Shown: positions 14,689-26,164, numbered from the stretch's first letter. The stretch is DNA of 64,000 bases from Hyaloraphidium curvatum SAG 235-1 (GCA_025558095.1 JAIVFI010000011.1:620001-684000); one strand, 5' to 3'. The notes: a model not told the origin generated them from the letters alone. Translations and numbers: made by a program.

Positions 14689-15738
14689 TCACGTCCGTAG
14701 CAGCTCGCCCGCGACCCATTCCGCCACCGTCGGCTCCGCCCACGCCTCCATCCCGAGCCCCTTTGAAGTGACGTAGCCAATATGCCCGCCTCGCTCGGTC
14801 AGCACGGGCACGATCGCCGGGTTGGTCTTCAGGTCCGGGATGTCGACGTCCGTGGGCGCGAGGAAGGGATCGTCCCGCGAGCGGATGACGAGCGTCGGCC
14901 GCGCGATGTGCTTCAGGTACGGGCCCGACGAAGCGAGCTTGTAGTACTCGTTCGCCGAGGGGAAGCCGTGCAGGGGGGCGATGAGGTGCTCATCGAACAT
15001 GCGGATCGTCGGAGCGTCGTAGGCGGCCTTGTCGTCCACGCCGGGGACGGTGAAGGTGCCGAGGCGAGGTTTCAGTATAGTACGGAGACCCGTGAGGAGG
15101 TAGCGCGTCCATTTGCGCCCGGCGCCGTTCTCCAGGGCGTCTGCGCCGCGCAGGAGGTCGATAGGCGGAGAAACGGCGGCCGCGCAGACGAGCCGGGGAT
15201 CGAGCTTATCACCCAACCGGCCGACCAGGTTCAGGGTGATGCTCGCGCCGAGGGAGAACCCGATGACGGAAAAGCGGGAGACGGCGGGGTGCATGTCAAA
15301 AAGCCGCTCAAGAGCAAACAGAACGTCCTCGTAGGCCGCCGCGTGGTACAGCCGCTGCCCGCGGTTGGGTTCGCCCGAGCTTCCGCGGAGGTTCACGCAG
15401 ACGGGCCGGACCCCGCGGCGCAGGAGGTCGTTGGCGCAGAACCGCACGTAGGCGCTGGCAGAGCTGCCGCCGAGGCCGTGCACGAGGAGGGCCACGGGCG
15501 AGGCGTCCGACAGCGGCTTCGTGTCGTGGTGACGCGACTTCCGGGGAGGGAGCGACAGGTAATCCAGGTCGAGGAAATCGCCATCCTCCGTGTCGAGCCG
15601 CTTGCGGATCTGGTCCAGCTGCGGCGAGCCCTTCACCAGCGCGCCCAGCACGGTCTGCGTGTCGGCGCCGGAAAGCAGGAACGGCGGCTTGAACGACTGC
15701 GCGAGCCGCTGGCCGAGGAGCACGGACGATTCGGCCAT
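14689..15738 (-). CDS. Alpha/beta hydrolase, YheT/ABHD1-3/Eht1 esterase family
   Basis: DGDFLDLD, HGLGGSS, nucleophile GFSLG, DDPF and GGHIG motifs. Confidence 0.9.
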   Translation of the reverse strand: MAESSVLLGQRLAQSFKPPFLLSGADTQTVLGALVKGSPQLDQIRKRLDTEDGDFLDLDYLSLPPRKSRHHDTKPLSDASPVALLVHGLGGSSASAYVRFCANDLLRRGVRPVCVNLRGSSGEPNRGQRLYHAAAYEDVLFALERLFDMHPAVSRFSVIGFSLGASITLNLVGRLGDKLDPRLVCAAAVSPPIDLLRGADALENGAGRKWTRYLLTGLRTILKPRLGTFTVPGVDDKAAYDAPTIRMFDEHLIAPLHGFPSANEYYKLASSGPYLKHIARPTLVIRSRDDPFLAPTDVDIPDLKTNPAIVPVLTERGGHIGYVTSKGLGMEAWAEPTVAEWVAGELLRT

Positions 15739-15932
15739 CGCGGCCCAAATCCGCGTGCGTCGCACTTCAACGGCTTAGAAATGCCGTAGCACCGCAACCG
15801 GAGAGATATCAGAGGGCTGAGGGCGCCGATTGCTCCGTGCTCCCCAGCACCCAGTGATCGCTGTTGATTTGGTTGCCACAGCCCGCCCAACCCCCATTCC
15901 TCCTCATTTGCCCGCCGAGTTATCGAACGAAG

Positions 15933-16560
15933 CATGCTCGCGGACCCCGAAATGCTCGCCGCCGGCACCGAAAAGGACGCCCAGAATCTCGCGGAATGGC
16001 GGAAACTGGACCTCAGCAGGGTGTGGGAACCGCTTCGCCGCGAAGTGACGGTCCGCCGCACTACTTCCACGACCCACTGACGCTGATTGCCCAGGCTCTG
16101 GTCTCGAAACAGGGCACGCAGGAGATCTTGAAGAACTTGGAGCTTATCATGGGCATCATGGGCAAGGCCGTTCTCGCATTGGCCAAAGGCGAGGATAGCA
16201 ACGCGCGCATCTCGCTCGGCAAGCAGGCTGCCACCTCCCTGGAAGCTCTCGTTGCGGGCTACATCGACGTACTCGAAGACTCGGACACCCTCGCACATGA
16301 CCTGGCCCAGAGAGCTCTCCACAGCCAATGCCTCCTCCTGTGGTCCTTCCTCAACGAAGAACCACTCCCGGAGGAGACCGAAGTCCTCGTCAAGCAGCAA
16401 GATCCCCAAGGCTTTCGCGATCGCTGCGACCAGTGCCGCACCCCGGCAAGCTCGAATGCCCCACTGATGCGGTGCAGCCACTGCCGGGTGATGCGCTTCT
16501 GCAAAAACGAGTGCTTCACCAAGGCCTGGAAGCTGCCCAAGCAGACCTGTGCGGCCACGG
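15933..16560 (+). CDS. MYND-type zinc-finger protein (possibly degenerate; true stop uncertain)
   Basis: CDQC...RCSHCRVMRFCKNECFTKAWKLPKQTC in ORF 15864-16787. The canonical His of the HxxxC motif appears as Pro. Confidence 0.6.
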
Positions 16561-16596
16561 CGGCGTCTGTGGTCTCACCCTGCAGCCGCACCATGA

Positions 16597-17267
16597 TTAA
16601 ACCTACCCACCGCAAACATCTGGTCGGGTGCGTCGTGCAACGCCACGGGTGGGGCGGCCGCCACCAGCACCTGGTACGCCCAGGATGGCGTTTGCACGGA
16701 CTTGGGCTTTGCCCCGGGCACGCTCACGCAGGCCTCGGGCCTGCTCAACTGCACTTCCAAATCGCTCGCGTACTACACCGGCTCTAAAACCTGCGCCGCG
16801 TCTGGGCTCCAGACCACCACAACGCTCGGGCCTGCAGCGCCACGAACCCGTACAACGCATCCACCACCTTCTCATGCACCGCCAACGACACGAGCACCAT
16901 CTTCTCGGTGCTGTTTTTCACGGACGGCGCGTGCAGGACGCTCTCACTTCCGGTGGTTAACGCCGTGGGCCAGTGCGTCGTCGCGGCAGGCGGCGGGTAC
17001 AGCAACGTCTCCGTGTCGGGGAGCCAAGTGACCTTCAGGTTCTTTTCCGACAGCGCCTGCACCAGGTCTACGTTGAGCCCCGCCACGGTCCAGAGCGGCG
17101 CGTGCGTGGTGCCCAATCCCGCCGTCCCTGGTATCGGAAGTCAGATCATTTACGCGGGCGTGGCCTGGGCCGTCAACACTCCTTCAGCCGCGTGCTCGCT
17201 CACGTCGTCGAATCTGGTTTCGGGAACCGTCGCTGCATTTGCGGCCGTATGGTGGGCGCGCTGGTAG
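16597..17267 (+). pseudogene. Truncated/frameshifted Cys-rich cell-surface protein (GPI-anchor-like C-terminus)
   Basis: Frame A (...SCNATGGAAATSTWYAQDGVCTDLG...QTTTTLG) switches at ~16832 to frame B (CSATNPYNAS...FFTDGAC...FFSDSAC...TVAAFAAVWWARW*). There is an upstream in-frame TGA and no signal peptide. Confidence 0.55.
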
Positions 17268-17295
17268 TGTGGAGCGACAAAATCCTGCAGCGAGC

Positions 17296-19360
17296 TTTGC
17301 TCGTCATGGTTGATGACCCGTCGTTGCATGTAGAGGGCATTCATTTGCTTTCCAGCTTTGCATATTAGAGATGGTCTTGCCGTTGGGCACAGGGCAGCTC
17401 AAGTCCCCCACTGCCGCCCGCGCCTTTCGGCGGGACGGATCACCGGACGACTCGGCTGGGGCCGCAGCCGCAGAGGTCCTCCACGGAACGCCCCCTTACC
17501 CGTTGCTGACCTTGCCGGGCCCAGGGCAGCTCACGTCCCCACTGCCGGCCGCGCCTTGCGGCGGAGCGGATCACCGGGCGACGCTGCTGGGGCCGAAGCC
17601 GCACAAGTCCTCCACGGACCGCCCCCTTACCCGTTGCTGACCTTGCCGGGCCCAGGGCAGCTCACGTCCCCACTGCCGGCCGCGCCTTGCGGCGGAGCGG
17701 ATCACCGGGCGACGCTGCTGGGGCCGAAGCCGCAGAAGCCCTCCACGGACCGCCCCCTTACCCGTTGCTAACCTTGCCGAGCTCTTGCGCCGAAGATGCC
17801 GCTTGAAGGTGGCGATGTTGCTTGGAGCCGGTCTCGGACGACTACGTGCCCACCGCTCGCCGGCGTGGTGCAGACAGTCGGGGCTGTGTCCATCGGCCGA
17901 AGCCGACTCCACATCCGACACTTGGCCTTACCGCCTTGCCGCTTGCCTCGGAGCCGGTCTCGGGCTGCACCGTCCCCACGACGCCGTCCCGGACGCGTGG
18001 TGGAGGGTGACGGGCAGAGCCCGTCGGCCGAAGCCGACCCCACATCCGACACTTGGGTATGCTGGTCGCGTGTCGTCTTGCCGCGAGTCGATGGATGCGG
18101 TGCGCTGCACGGGAAGGCGGGAGTTAGGATGCGGCCAGCCGGCCGCCTTGTACTTGAGGTTGACGTTGACGCTTGGAGCCGACCCTGTCCGCCTTGTAGA
18201 ACCGACCTTGTCCGCCTTGACTTGCCGATGAGCCCAGGGCAGCACACGACCCCGTTCCGCATCGCGCCTCCCGGCGGAGCTGGCAAAGGGTGTCGCAGCT
18301 GGGGCCGCAGCCGCAGAGGCCCCCCGGGCCGCCCCCTTACCCATGCTTGCGCGTGCCTGGCGAAAAGGCCGCGGTCTTCGCGGGTGCGGAGCAGCCTGCG
18401 ACCCCGCCGCATCGCGCCTCGCGGCGGAGCTGGCAACGAGCGTCGTGACTGGGGCCGAAGCCGCAGGGGTCCCCCGGACCACCCCCCTACCCGGACTTGG
18501 TCTTGCCGAGGTGCCGATGCTGTCGAGGCCGACCTTGAGCTGCACTGCACTGCGAGGAAGGGTGAAAATTTAAGATGCGGCAAGCAGGCCGCCTTGTGCT
18601 TGAACTTGCGCAGCCTGCCGAAAAGGCCCCGTTCTTCGCGGGCCCGGAGCAACTGCGCACCCCGGTGCCTCCCCGTCGAACGTGAGGAGGGTCGAGCGGG
18701 CGTGCGCGCTGGGGCCGTCCGTGGCCGCAGAGGTCCTCCGCGGACCGCCCTCCTACCCGGTCTTGCGCGGCCTGCCGAAAGGCCGCGGTCTTCGCGGGTG
18801 CGGGACAGCGCACGACCCCGTCCCGCTCGACGCCTGGCGGCGGAGCGGCAACGGGCGTCGCGGCTGGGGCCGAGCCGCAGGCCCCCCTTGGGTCCCCTCC
18901 CTACCCGGACTCGCGCCCTGTCCGATCGCCTGCAGTGAATGTAATGTCAGCCCATTGTCTTTGCGGCGATGCATGCCTACCTGTCCTGCCGTGCGCCGTC
19001 ACGCATGGGGTGGCACCCCCCTCCGACGCCGTCCCAAACAATGGGCCGTGCGCCGCCGCCCGCGCCGCCCGTGGGGCGCCCCGCCGCGCAGGTGTTCGCT
19101 CATACACGGGCAACAGCCGGGGGGCACGCGGGCCCGGGGCGGCGCAGCGATGGGGCGGGGGAGTGCCATTGATTGAGGTCAAATTTGGGCAAGTCTCAGA
19201 TCCGGATGCGCCGGCTTATGTATGTTCTAACCCAGCTCAACCCTAGCGCACCGCCGATGCCGCAATGAAATGTCACTTTCCAGCTCGCTAGCTGGCCGGG
19301 CCGCCGCCTCCGGGGGTCGGAGATTGCATTCGTGCTTTTTGGCAGCGATTCACGCCCTCG
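17296..19360 (+). repeat. Modular GC-rich non-coding repeat element, copy 1
   Basis: Homologous in inverted orientation to 36249-37591. Contains 131-bp tandem units and recurrent GGCCG[AC]AGCCG motifs; no convincing ORF. Confidence 0.85.
17490..17778 (+). repeat. 131-bp tandem repeat (2+ near-identical units, plus a degenerate upstream unit)
   Basis: gcccccttacccgttgct recurs at 17490, 17621 and 17752. Confidence 0.9.
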
Positions 19361-19903
19361 GAAGCAGCGCGGCAGTGCGCTGGGAGACACGCCGGCATCC
19401 CCTCCGATGCGGGTCGGATTGGCTCGTCCTTTGGCGACGTCGAGGACCAGACATGGAAGAGCGCAGACTCGCCCTTGCAGAGGGCTTGCTTCCGATTCGG
19501 CAGCGCTGTCGCGAACGATGCCGGACGCTCGCCACCTGTTGCCCACGAGGACGTTTGCAAGACCGGCCAGTCCGACATCTGGGGGGTGACTTGCGGACTT
19601 GCGGGACTTCCTCATTCGGCAAGGACAACAAGCTACACCGCGCACGCCGCGCCGGTGTCCTACGGCGTCGATGTGCTCATCCAAGGTGACGGCATTGGAA
19701 TACGGCGCCCTCGGCAACTCGCGGCCGACAGCCAGGGCCGCTTTACTCGCCCATGGCGCAGCTGCAAAGACATGAAACTTCAATCCCGTGCGGCTGAGAC
19801 TCGCTACGAGGTTTGAATGGGCGTTCTGGCGACAGTTGGCGGGCAACGTCGATCGCGCTCGATAAAGTACGTCTCCCTTGCCTCCCACACCTTCGACTTC
19901 GCG

Positions 19904-21043
19904 ATGTCCGAGTACCGCATCCTCGTCACGGGCGCGACGGGCGTCGTCGGTTCCCTCGTCGTCGACGCGCTGGAACGCGCCGCGGCCGAGGGCCGCACCG
20001 TGGACGGGCGCCGGCCCGCGGCCATCTGCACGACGCGGAGCGCCGAGAAGGCGGCCAACCTCGAGAAGCAGGGGCGGAAGGCGGTGCTGCTGGATCTGGA
20101 CGCGCCGGCGTCGTTCCCTGCCGTTCTGGAGGGCATCGACGCGGTGTTCCTGCTCACGGGTTACACTGCAGGTGGAGACGCGACGTTCTCCGCCGGACGA
20201 CCGCGTAGTAACCGTGCAATGGCCCCGAACAGACATGTGCCAGCAGACAAAGTGGTTCGCGGACGCCGCCAAAGCCGCGGGGGTGAAACACCTCGTCCAC
20301 CTCGGTGCGATCAATCCCGGGTTCGCCGTCCACCTCACATGGCAAGCACGGGCACGCTTCGCGGCTGGCTCCTCGTCCTGACGACCGGCTACCCCAGGCA
20401 CGACCTCGTCGAGCACTACATCGCCACCACGATGCCCACTGCCTTCACGCACCTCCACCCGGCCTTCTTCGCCGAGAACGTGCTGCAGTACGACGGCCGC
20501 CCGCGGATCCACGGCGGCGTCGTGTCGAGCATGCTGGCGCCCGACGCGCCGATGCTCTGGATCTCGTCGGCGGACACGGCGGCGGTCGCGGCCGTCGTGC
20601 TACTCGACCCGCAGACCCACATCGGCAAGACGTACACGCTGGGCACGCAGGTGGCGACGTGCGACGAGGCGTGCAAAGAGTTTTCGGAGGCGCTGGGGAG
20701 GGAGATCAAGTACAGCATGCTGGACGGGGGTGCGTTCTACGAGGAGGCGCTCAAGGAGACGCCGCAGGATGCCGGCAGGTTGCTGTACCTGAAGGTGCGA
20801 GTGACTTGACTTCGGGATCCGGTCGTCGTTCCGCTAACCGAATCCGTTGCGCCACCCAAACTACAGTGCATCTCGACAGGGGCAAAGGCAGCCGCGGCCG
20901 CGTACCGCGAGCGACAGGCCAAGGGCCTGCCCGGACCGGCAAGCACGATAAAGGTTTCGCCGGACGTGGAGAACCTGCTGGGCAGGAAACCCATGGACCT
21001 GCGGGCATTCGCGCTGGCCAACCGCGAGGCGTTCTTGAAGTAG
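19904..21043 (+). CDS. NmrA-like atypical SDR, NAD(P)-binding protein
   Basis: ILVTGATGVVGS, GVKHLVHLG, LHPAFFAEN, ISSADTAAVA, HIGKTYTLG motifs; about 3 introns; ends ...LRAFALANREAFLK*. Confidence 0.85.
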
Positions 21044-21228
21044 CGACCTTTTACAATGAGAACTCTTTGTCAACCGCCCTCCTGGTATCGCCGGTCGAGG
21101 TCAAAGTCCTCCATCCGCCACCTGTACCTCTACTGCCCTCGTGGGTCCAGGGAATTCACCGCCCGGAGCCATGCGATGGGAACGACATCCCAAGTAAATC
21201 CATCGAATTCCACTTCCGAACCACAGGT

Positions 21229-23795
21229 CTACTGCGCCCGCTGCGCAGAATCCGACACGCTTGGCAATACGGCGCTGGGATACTGCGGCGGGGGAGCCTC
21301 GTCCGCGGCACCGATCTCCGGATCCGCGGGCGCCGCGGCCTGTCCCGGCCTCGCGGCGATGAACTCGTCCAGGACAGCGACCCAGGCTTCCCCCGCGGCC
21401 GCCGCATAGCCCCGCAGCATCCCCGCGCACTCGTCCGCGGTCGGCACAGTGTCCAATGCGTAGCGAAAGAGCTCAATCATGGCATTCCGGTGCTCAGGGT
21501 TGTCCACAGGCGCCTCCGGTATCGCAGTGATCAGTATGAACGGGTCGTCCCGACGGCGTCCGCGCCTGACGTGGCTCTGGATGATGCTCCGCGCCAGCTC
21601 GGCCGCCGTCCGCTCGACGCTGAGGCGTAGAAGGACCTCGATCTCGGCCAGCTCGAACTCGGCAACGAGCGCCAGCATCTCCTCCGACGTGTGCGCCCCG
21701 AGCGTCCTCGTGCCCATCGGTGATGCGCCAACCTTGACCCGGACCCCGCGTTCCAGGAGCTGCCTCGCCAGCTGCACGTTGCTGGCGCGCACCGCTTCCT
21801 GGAGGTCCCATTCCTGGATCGAGCGGTTGTTCGGCTGCCCTTCTTCGTCCTCGATGAACGGGCGCAGCAAGGTCCGGCAGCAGACCTTGTGCTGCGCGGG
21901 GCCGAAGCCCCACAACCGCATGAGCATCGGCCGTCCGCCCCGCTTCCTCCACAGCTCGCGATACGCCCTGAGGAGCTGGGTCGCGCCCGGATGCCGATCC
22001 TGGCCGGCCGGCGGGGGGTCCATGCCGTCGTGGTCCAGGCAGAAAAGGAGCCGGTGGAGCGCGGCCTCGACTTGGACGGGATCCAGCGGGACGAGGCGGA
22101 TGGCGAGCTTGTGCACGCTGGCTAGGTCGGGGTCCTTCAGGATGCGGACCTGAAAGGCATGGTCGGGTTAGAGGACACAAAAGATGGGGGAGCGCATCGA
22201 CTCACCATCTGGGACACGGAAAGCTTGACTTGCTCCGCCGCAATAGCTTTGGCCTTTTCTTCGTCGCGCGAGACGAAAGCCGCGAGCAGGTCCATCGAGC
22301 GATCGACCTCGAGGTCCGCCGCGTAGCCCTGTATGACCTTGTACATCTCGATGTTGTTCTCGGCGAGCTTGAGCCACTTTGCGAGGCACGTCCTGCCTTC
22401 CTCGGTGCGCCACCGGTCCCTTGTATCGTGCTCGTGTTCCAGCAGGAGCCGGAGCATCTCGATGCCCCGAGAGCACACCGCGGCCTCGGTGGCGTCGAAG
22501 ATCATCTTCCTGACCGTCTGGCGGCGACCTTGATGCTCCGCTAGCTCCCCGCGCACGGTGGGGTAGCTCAAGTATGCCGAATGGAGTGCACACAATGCGA
22601 CTTCCATTGCGTGCCCCGAAACAGCGCTCGTCGGCACGTAATCCTTCAGCGGCCGGTCCGTTCTCGGTCGTACAATGCGCCGCACACCTTCCTGTGCGGA
22701 AGAAGCAGGATCATCGCCGGCCAGAGGATCGTCGCCGTCGTCCCGATTGTCGGGTGCCGCCGGGTCCCACAGCCCGATGCTGCGCGCGATGTCCCAAGGC
22801 CACCCGGTCCTGTGGAGCTCCGCGGTCGTGTGGACGCCGAGCGCGAGCAGCCTACGGACCTTGTCCACGTCTCCGTCCTCCATGATGAGGCTTACGAGCA
22901 GGGCGTGGTTGGCGTCCAGGCCCGGCACGATCGTGTCGGCGTCGGGATGCCACTCTGCCCGCCGGTTGCGGATCCTTCCGAGCACTTTCCTGGAAGCAGA
23001 CGATGCCGCGCCGGGTCCCACGGCCGTGGCGACACCGTACCGAAGCTTCAGCGTGAGAAGGGCCGTGAGTACTGGGTCACCTTCGACGGCCCATCCGTTT
23101 GCCTTCCCTTCCCGGACCAGGTACGGCAGCGGAATCGCGCCCGTGGATGCAATGTGCCGAAAGAGCTCGTCGTCGGTCATGCCGCGGATGACGCTCCGGC
23201 CCCCGGGCGCCGGCGGCGGAGGGTACGTGTCCACGAGGTGGGCTGCGACGGCGGGGACCAGGTCGACCCTGCCGACGGCGTCCAGCCGCCGCAGGAGCCT
23301 CTGCAGGAGATACCGCGGCACGGTACGGGCGCGACGTGCGATTGCGGAAAAGAGGTCCGGCGTGGCCATCTCGAGCCAGAATCCGAACCCGAGGATGGCA
23401 TCAGGGAGGCCGTAGTTTCCCACGAGGAACTCGACGCGCACGGGCACCTCCTTGCTCAGATGAGCTAGAGCTTTGCAGGAGTAGAAGAAGTTGGCCGAAG
23501 ACCAGCCCACGTGCCCGGGCGAGACGCGGGGGCCGAGCCATCCGGCGAGGTTGGTCAGCATCTCCCGGGGCAGCCTGAAGAGCGGCGATGCCGTCTGGTC
23601 GATCGCGGTCGACAGATCGACCGGCATCGGCACCTCGTCGTCCTCGATGTCCGGGTCGGGTGCCTGTGCGCCGGCCCCGTCGAACCACGGCAGGCCGAAT
23701 CCGAAGCCGTCGAAGCCGTCATCGCCGTCGAACTCGTCCTCATCGAAGACCTCGGCATCGAAGCCGACGTTTGCGAGCGCGGCCTCGCCGTCCAT
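21229..23795 (-). CDS. Hypothetical protein with N-terminal F-box-like motif and ankyrin-like helical repeats
   Basis: Starts MDGEAAL with an acidic N-terminus, then SPLFRLPREMLTNLAGWL (F-box-like) and AVRASNVQLARQLLERG (ankyrin-like). Intron at ~22205-22150. Confidence 0.65.
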
Positions 23796-23918
23796 GGCGT
23801 CTGCGGGCCTCAGCCGCCGCGATGCGCGCGAGGAAAGTTGCGCCACTTGGAGGGCAGGCGCCGCCTGGTGACTCAGACGCGTGTCCCCAAACATCACGGA
23901 GCTTCGCATTGTCGCACT

Positions 23919-25142
23919 ATGGGCGAGCCGTCTAACGACGAGCTCGTGCGCCGATACCCGCCTCCGCCGAAGCCGGCGACGCTGCGGGCCGCCAACCCGT
24001 TCCGCGCGCCCACATCGCCCGCGCCGTCGCCGGAACCTCCGCCCTCCGCGGAGCCCTCCCCGTCTCCCCCTGCGGCGCCACTCGCCGGAGCAGCTGCCAC
24101 GCCGTCGACGCCGGCACTCACGGCGCTGTTGTCGAGGCTGGGCATCTCCCTGGACACCCTGCAGCACCCGCAGCCGCCGCCAAAAGCTTCCGAGCAGTCG
24201 AATCCTTCCCCGGCTGCACCGAACCTGTCGGGATCCCAAGCAGCTTCTTCTCCCGCCGCCAATTTGTTCCCGACCCTCATTCTCTCGCCCAATATCGGCC
24301 GAGGAGTGCCCCAACCCGCGCCAGCGCCGACCGTTTCGTCACCAAGCCAGTCTCCACCCGCTGCTCCGGCCACAACCTCCCAAACGACCCCATTAGCCCC
24401 CGGAACGGTCAACGTGGCCATCGACGCCAGCTTGCTACCCGCTCTGGAGCAGCTTCTGGCCGAAGCCAGGGCTCGTTCCGCCGCCGGCGCACCTACCGCC
24501 TCCGCAACCCCTGCTGTCTCGCAGCCGGCGAGCGCACCTCTTTCGTCCTCCCCACCCCCGCCTCCGCAACCTTCCCAGGCCCCGCAACCTCCGCAACGGT
24601 CGCCGTACGACGTCGAGAACGAACACATCTCGAGCCTGAACGGCTACGCCTCCCGCAAATCCTCCGAGTTCGGCGCCATGATGCCGCAGCCGAACCCCTT
24701 CGACCCGCCCACCTCCCGCAACCCGGCCCTGCAGCGCGGGATCGCCTTCCTAGAAGCCGAAGAGCGCGAGATCCGTTCCTTCTGGGAACCCCGCGTGGCG
24801 GAGCTCGAGAGGCTCAGGGACGGCGACAGGTGGTTCCGCGCCGAGAGGCTGCGGAGGCGCATGGACGAGGCGGCCGGGGAGTGCCGCCGCGCGGCCGACA
24901 TCCTCCGCCAGATGATCGCGGACAACCTGCGTGCGCAGGCCAACATGGCCGCGATCGTGGCGGGCGCCAACGCCTACACGACGAGGACCATCCTGGAAGC
25001 CAACCGGAACCGGCAGCACGCCTTCGACGTGTCGAACCAGCGCTGGAGCAACGTCTTCAACTACGGCGACGAGGCACCGTACGTCTGCCAGTGGTGCGGG
25101 GGCCGGTTCATGCGGTCCGGCCAGCCTCACGTGTGTCGCTGA
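23919..25142 (+). CDS. Pro-rich hypothetical protein with helical region and C-terminal CxxC...HxC zinc-finger-like motif
   Basis: Single ORF starting MGEPSNDEL; ends YVCQWCGGRFMRSGQPHVCR*. Confidence 0.65.
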   Translation: MGEPSNDELVRRYPPPPKPATLRAANPFRAPTSPAPSPEPPPSAEPSPSPPAAPLAGAAATPSTPALTALLSRLGISLDTLQHPQPPPKASEQSNPSPAAPNLSGSQAASSPAANLFPTLILSPNIGRGVPQPAPAPTVSSPSQSPPAAPATTSQTTPLAPGTVNVAIDASLLPALEQLLAEARARSAAGAPTASATPAVSQPASAPLSSSPPPPPQPSQAPQPPQRSPYDVENEHISSLNGYASRKSSEFGAMMPQPNPFDPPTSRNPALQRGIAFLEAEEREIRSFWEPRVAELERLRDGDRWFRAERLRRRMDEAAGECRRAADILRQMIADNLRAQANMAAIVAGANAYTTRTILEANRNRQHAFDVSNQRWSNVFNYGDEAPYVCQWCGGRFMRSGQPHVCR

Positions 25143-25498
25143 GGAACGGGCTTCTCTTGGACGACGGCCAACGAAGCTGAATTGCTTTGCTTTGTCCCGT
25201 TACGCAGTTCAATTGCATTTTCGTTTTTTCCTTGTCTCCTGGCGAGAATGATGAGGCAAGCATGATGCATGTATGTCAATACGTGCCCGAGCTCCATCCG
25301 AGGTCCAGAGTTGAGTCCGAGCGCGGAAGCTGGGAGTTCCGATCGCACCGGAGATCGCGGTGGCGATTGCAGTTGCGAAACTGGATTCGGGGGAATGTTC
25401 TGATGACTACTGGTTTTGGAGCCTTCGACAAGGATCTCCCGCCGTTGTCCCCCAATCCCGTCCGAGCCTGCTTCCATCGCGCAGCAAACCCCGCCGCC

Positions 25499-25948
25499 AT
25501 GGCCGGCCCGATCCTCACCGTCGGCATCCTCCCTGCCAAAGCACCCCCGATGCCGTCGATCCCCGGGCTCACGCCCGAGAAGATCGCCGAGCAGGTGCGC
25601 CAGGCGCGCGAGGAGCTCACGGCGCTCGGCTACCCGACGACCAGCTTCTTCCTCGAGCTCGACGACGGGGATTGGACGAGGCTGAAGGAGACGCTCGCGG
25701 GAACCGACTGGAAGGTCGGCGGTTTCCGCGCTGAACGACCGATGTGTCTCCCAAACCTCTCTCTCTCCCACCTCTGCGACCTCCAGGCGATTCTCGTCGG
25801 CGCCGGCGTCCGCCTGCCGCCGCCTAACCTCGAGCTCTTTGAGAAGGTCATCAACGTCGTGCACGAGTACGCGCCCAAGGCCAAAATCGCGTTCAACACG
25901 ACCCCTGCGGACACCGCCCAAGCCGCGAAGCGGGTGCTCGGGATTTGA
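25499..25948 (+). CDS. Small conserved-looking hypothetical protein (1 intron)
   Basis: MAGPILTVG...WK|AILVGAGVRLPPPNLELFEKVINVVHEYAPKAKIAFNTTPADTAQAAKR; intron at ~25715-25786. Resembles an uncharacterised family I recall from bacteria and fungi. Confidence 0.7.
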   Translation: MAGPILTVGILPAKAPPMPSIPGLTPEKIAEQVRQAREELTALGYPTTSFFLELDDGDWTRLKETLAGTDWKVGGFRAERPMCLPNLSLSHLCDLQAILVGAGVRLPPPNLELFEKVINVVHEYAPKAKIAFNTTPADTAQAAKRVLGI

Positions 25949-26164
25949 ACTGTATTTGCCTCTCGCATATTTGCCGCTCGAGCTGCAGGAACGGGGCGGA
26001 CTTCTTGGATGTTTGCGGACTGGACACGGGATTGCTCCAGGACCGAGTTGCCTCACGATTGCGTTCAGCTGTTCAGCTATTGTTTGCTTTGCGGATACAA
26101 TACGAGCGACAGATAACAACGAAGTGACTTGAATGCGCATGTCCACTTTTTCGGTTCGGGAGCT

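Noticed and set aside
17490-18060. Regularly spaced repeats as a CRISPR array
   Set aside because: Whole units are repeated with no unique spacers, there are no cas genes, and the context is eukaryotic.
17768-18938. Long ORFs (294-380 aa) in the repeat as a transposase
   Set aside because: They are Arg/Pro/Gly-rich products of high GC content, have no catalytic motifs, and the frames are not preserved between the two copies.
19227-19246. CTAACCC...CAACCCTAG, telomere-like or telomerase-template-like
   Set aside because: It is neither a tandem array nor a 1.5-repeat template. The CTAG is not a Helitron terminus because homology between copies continues past it.
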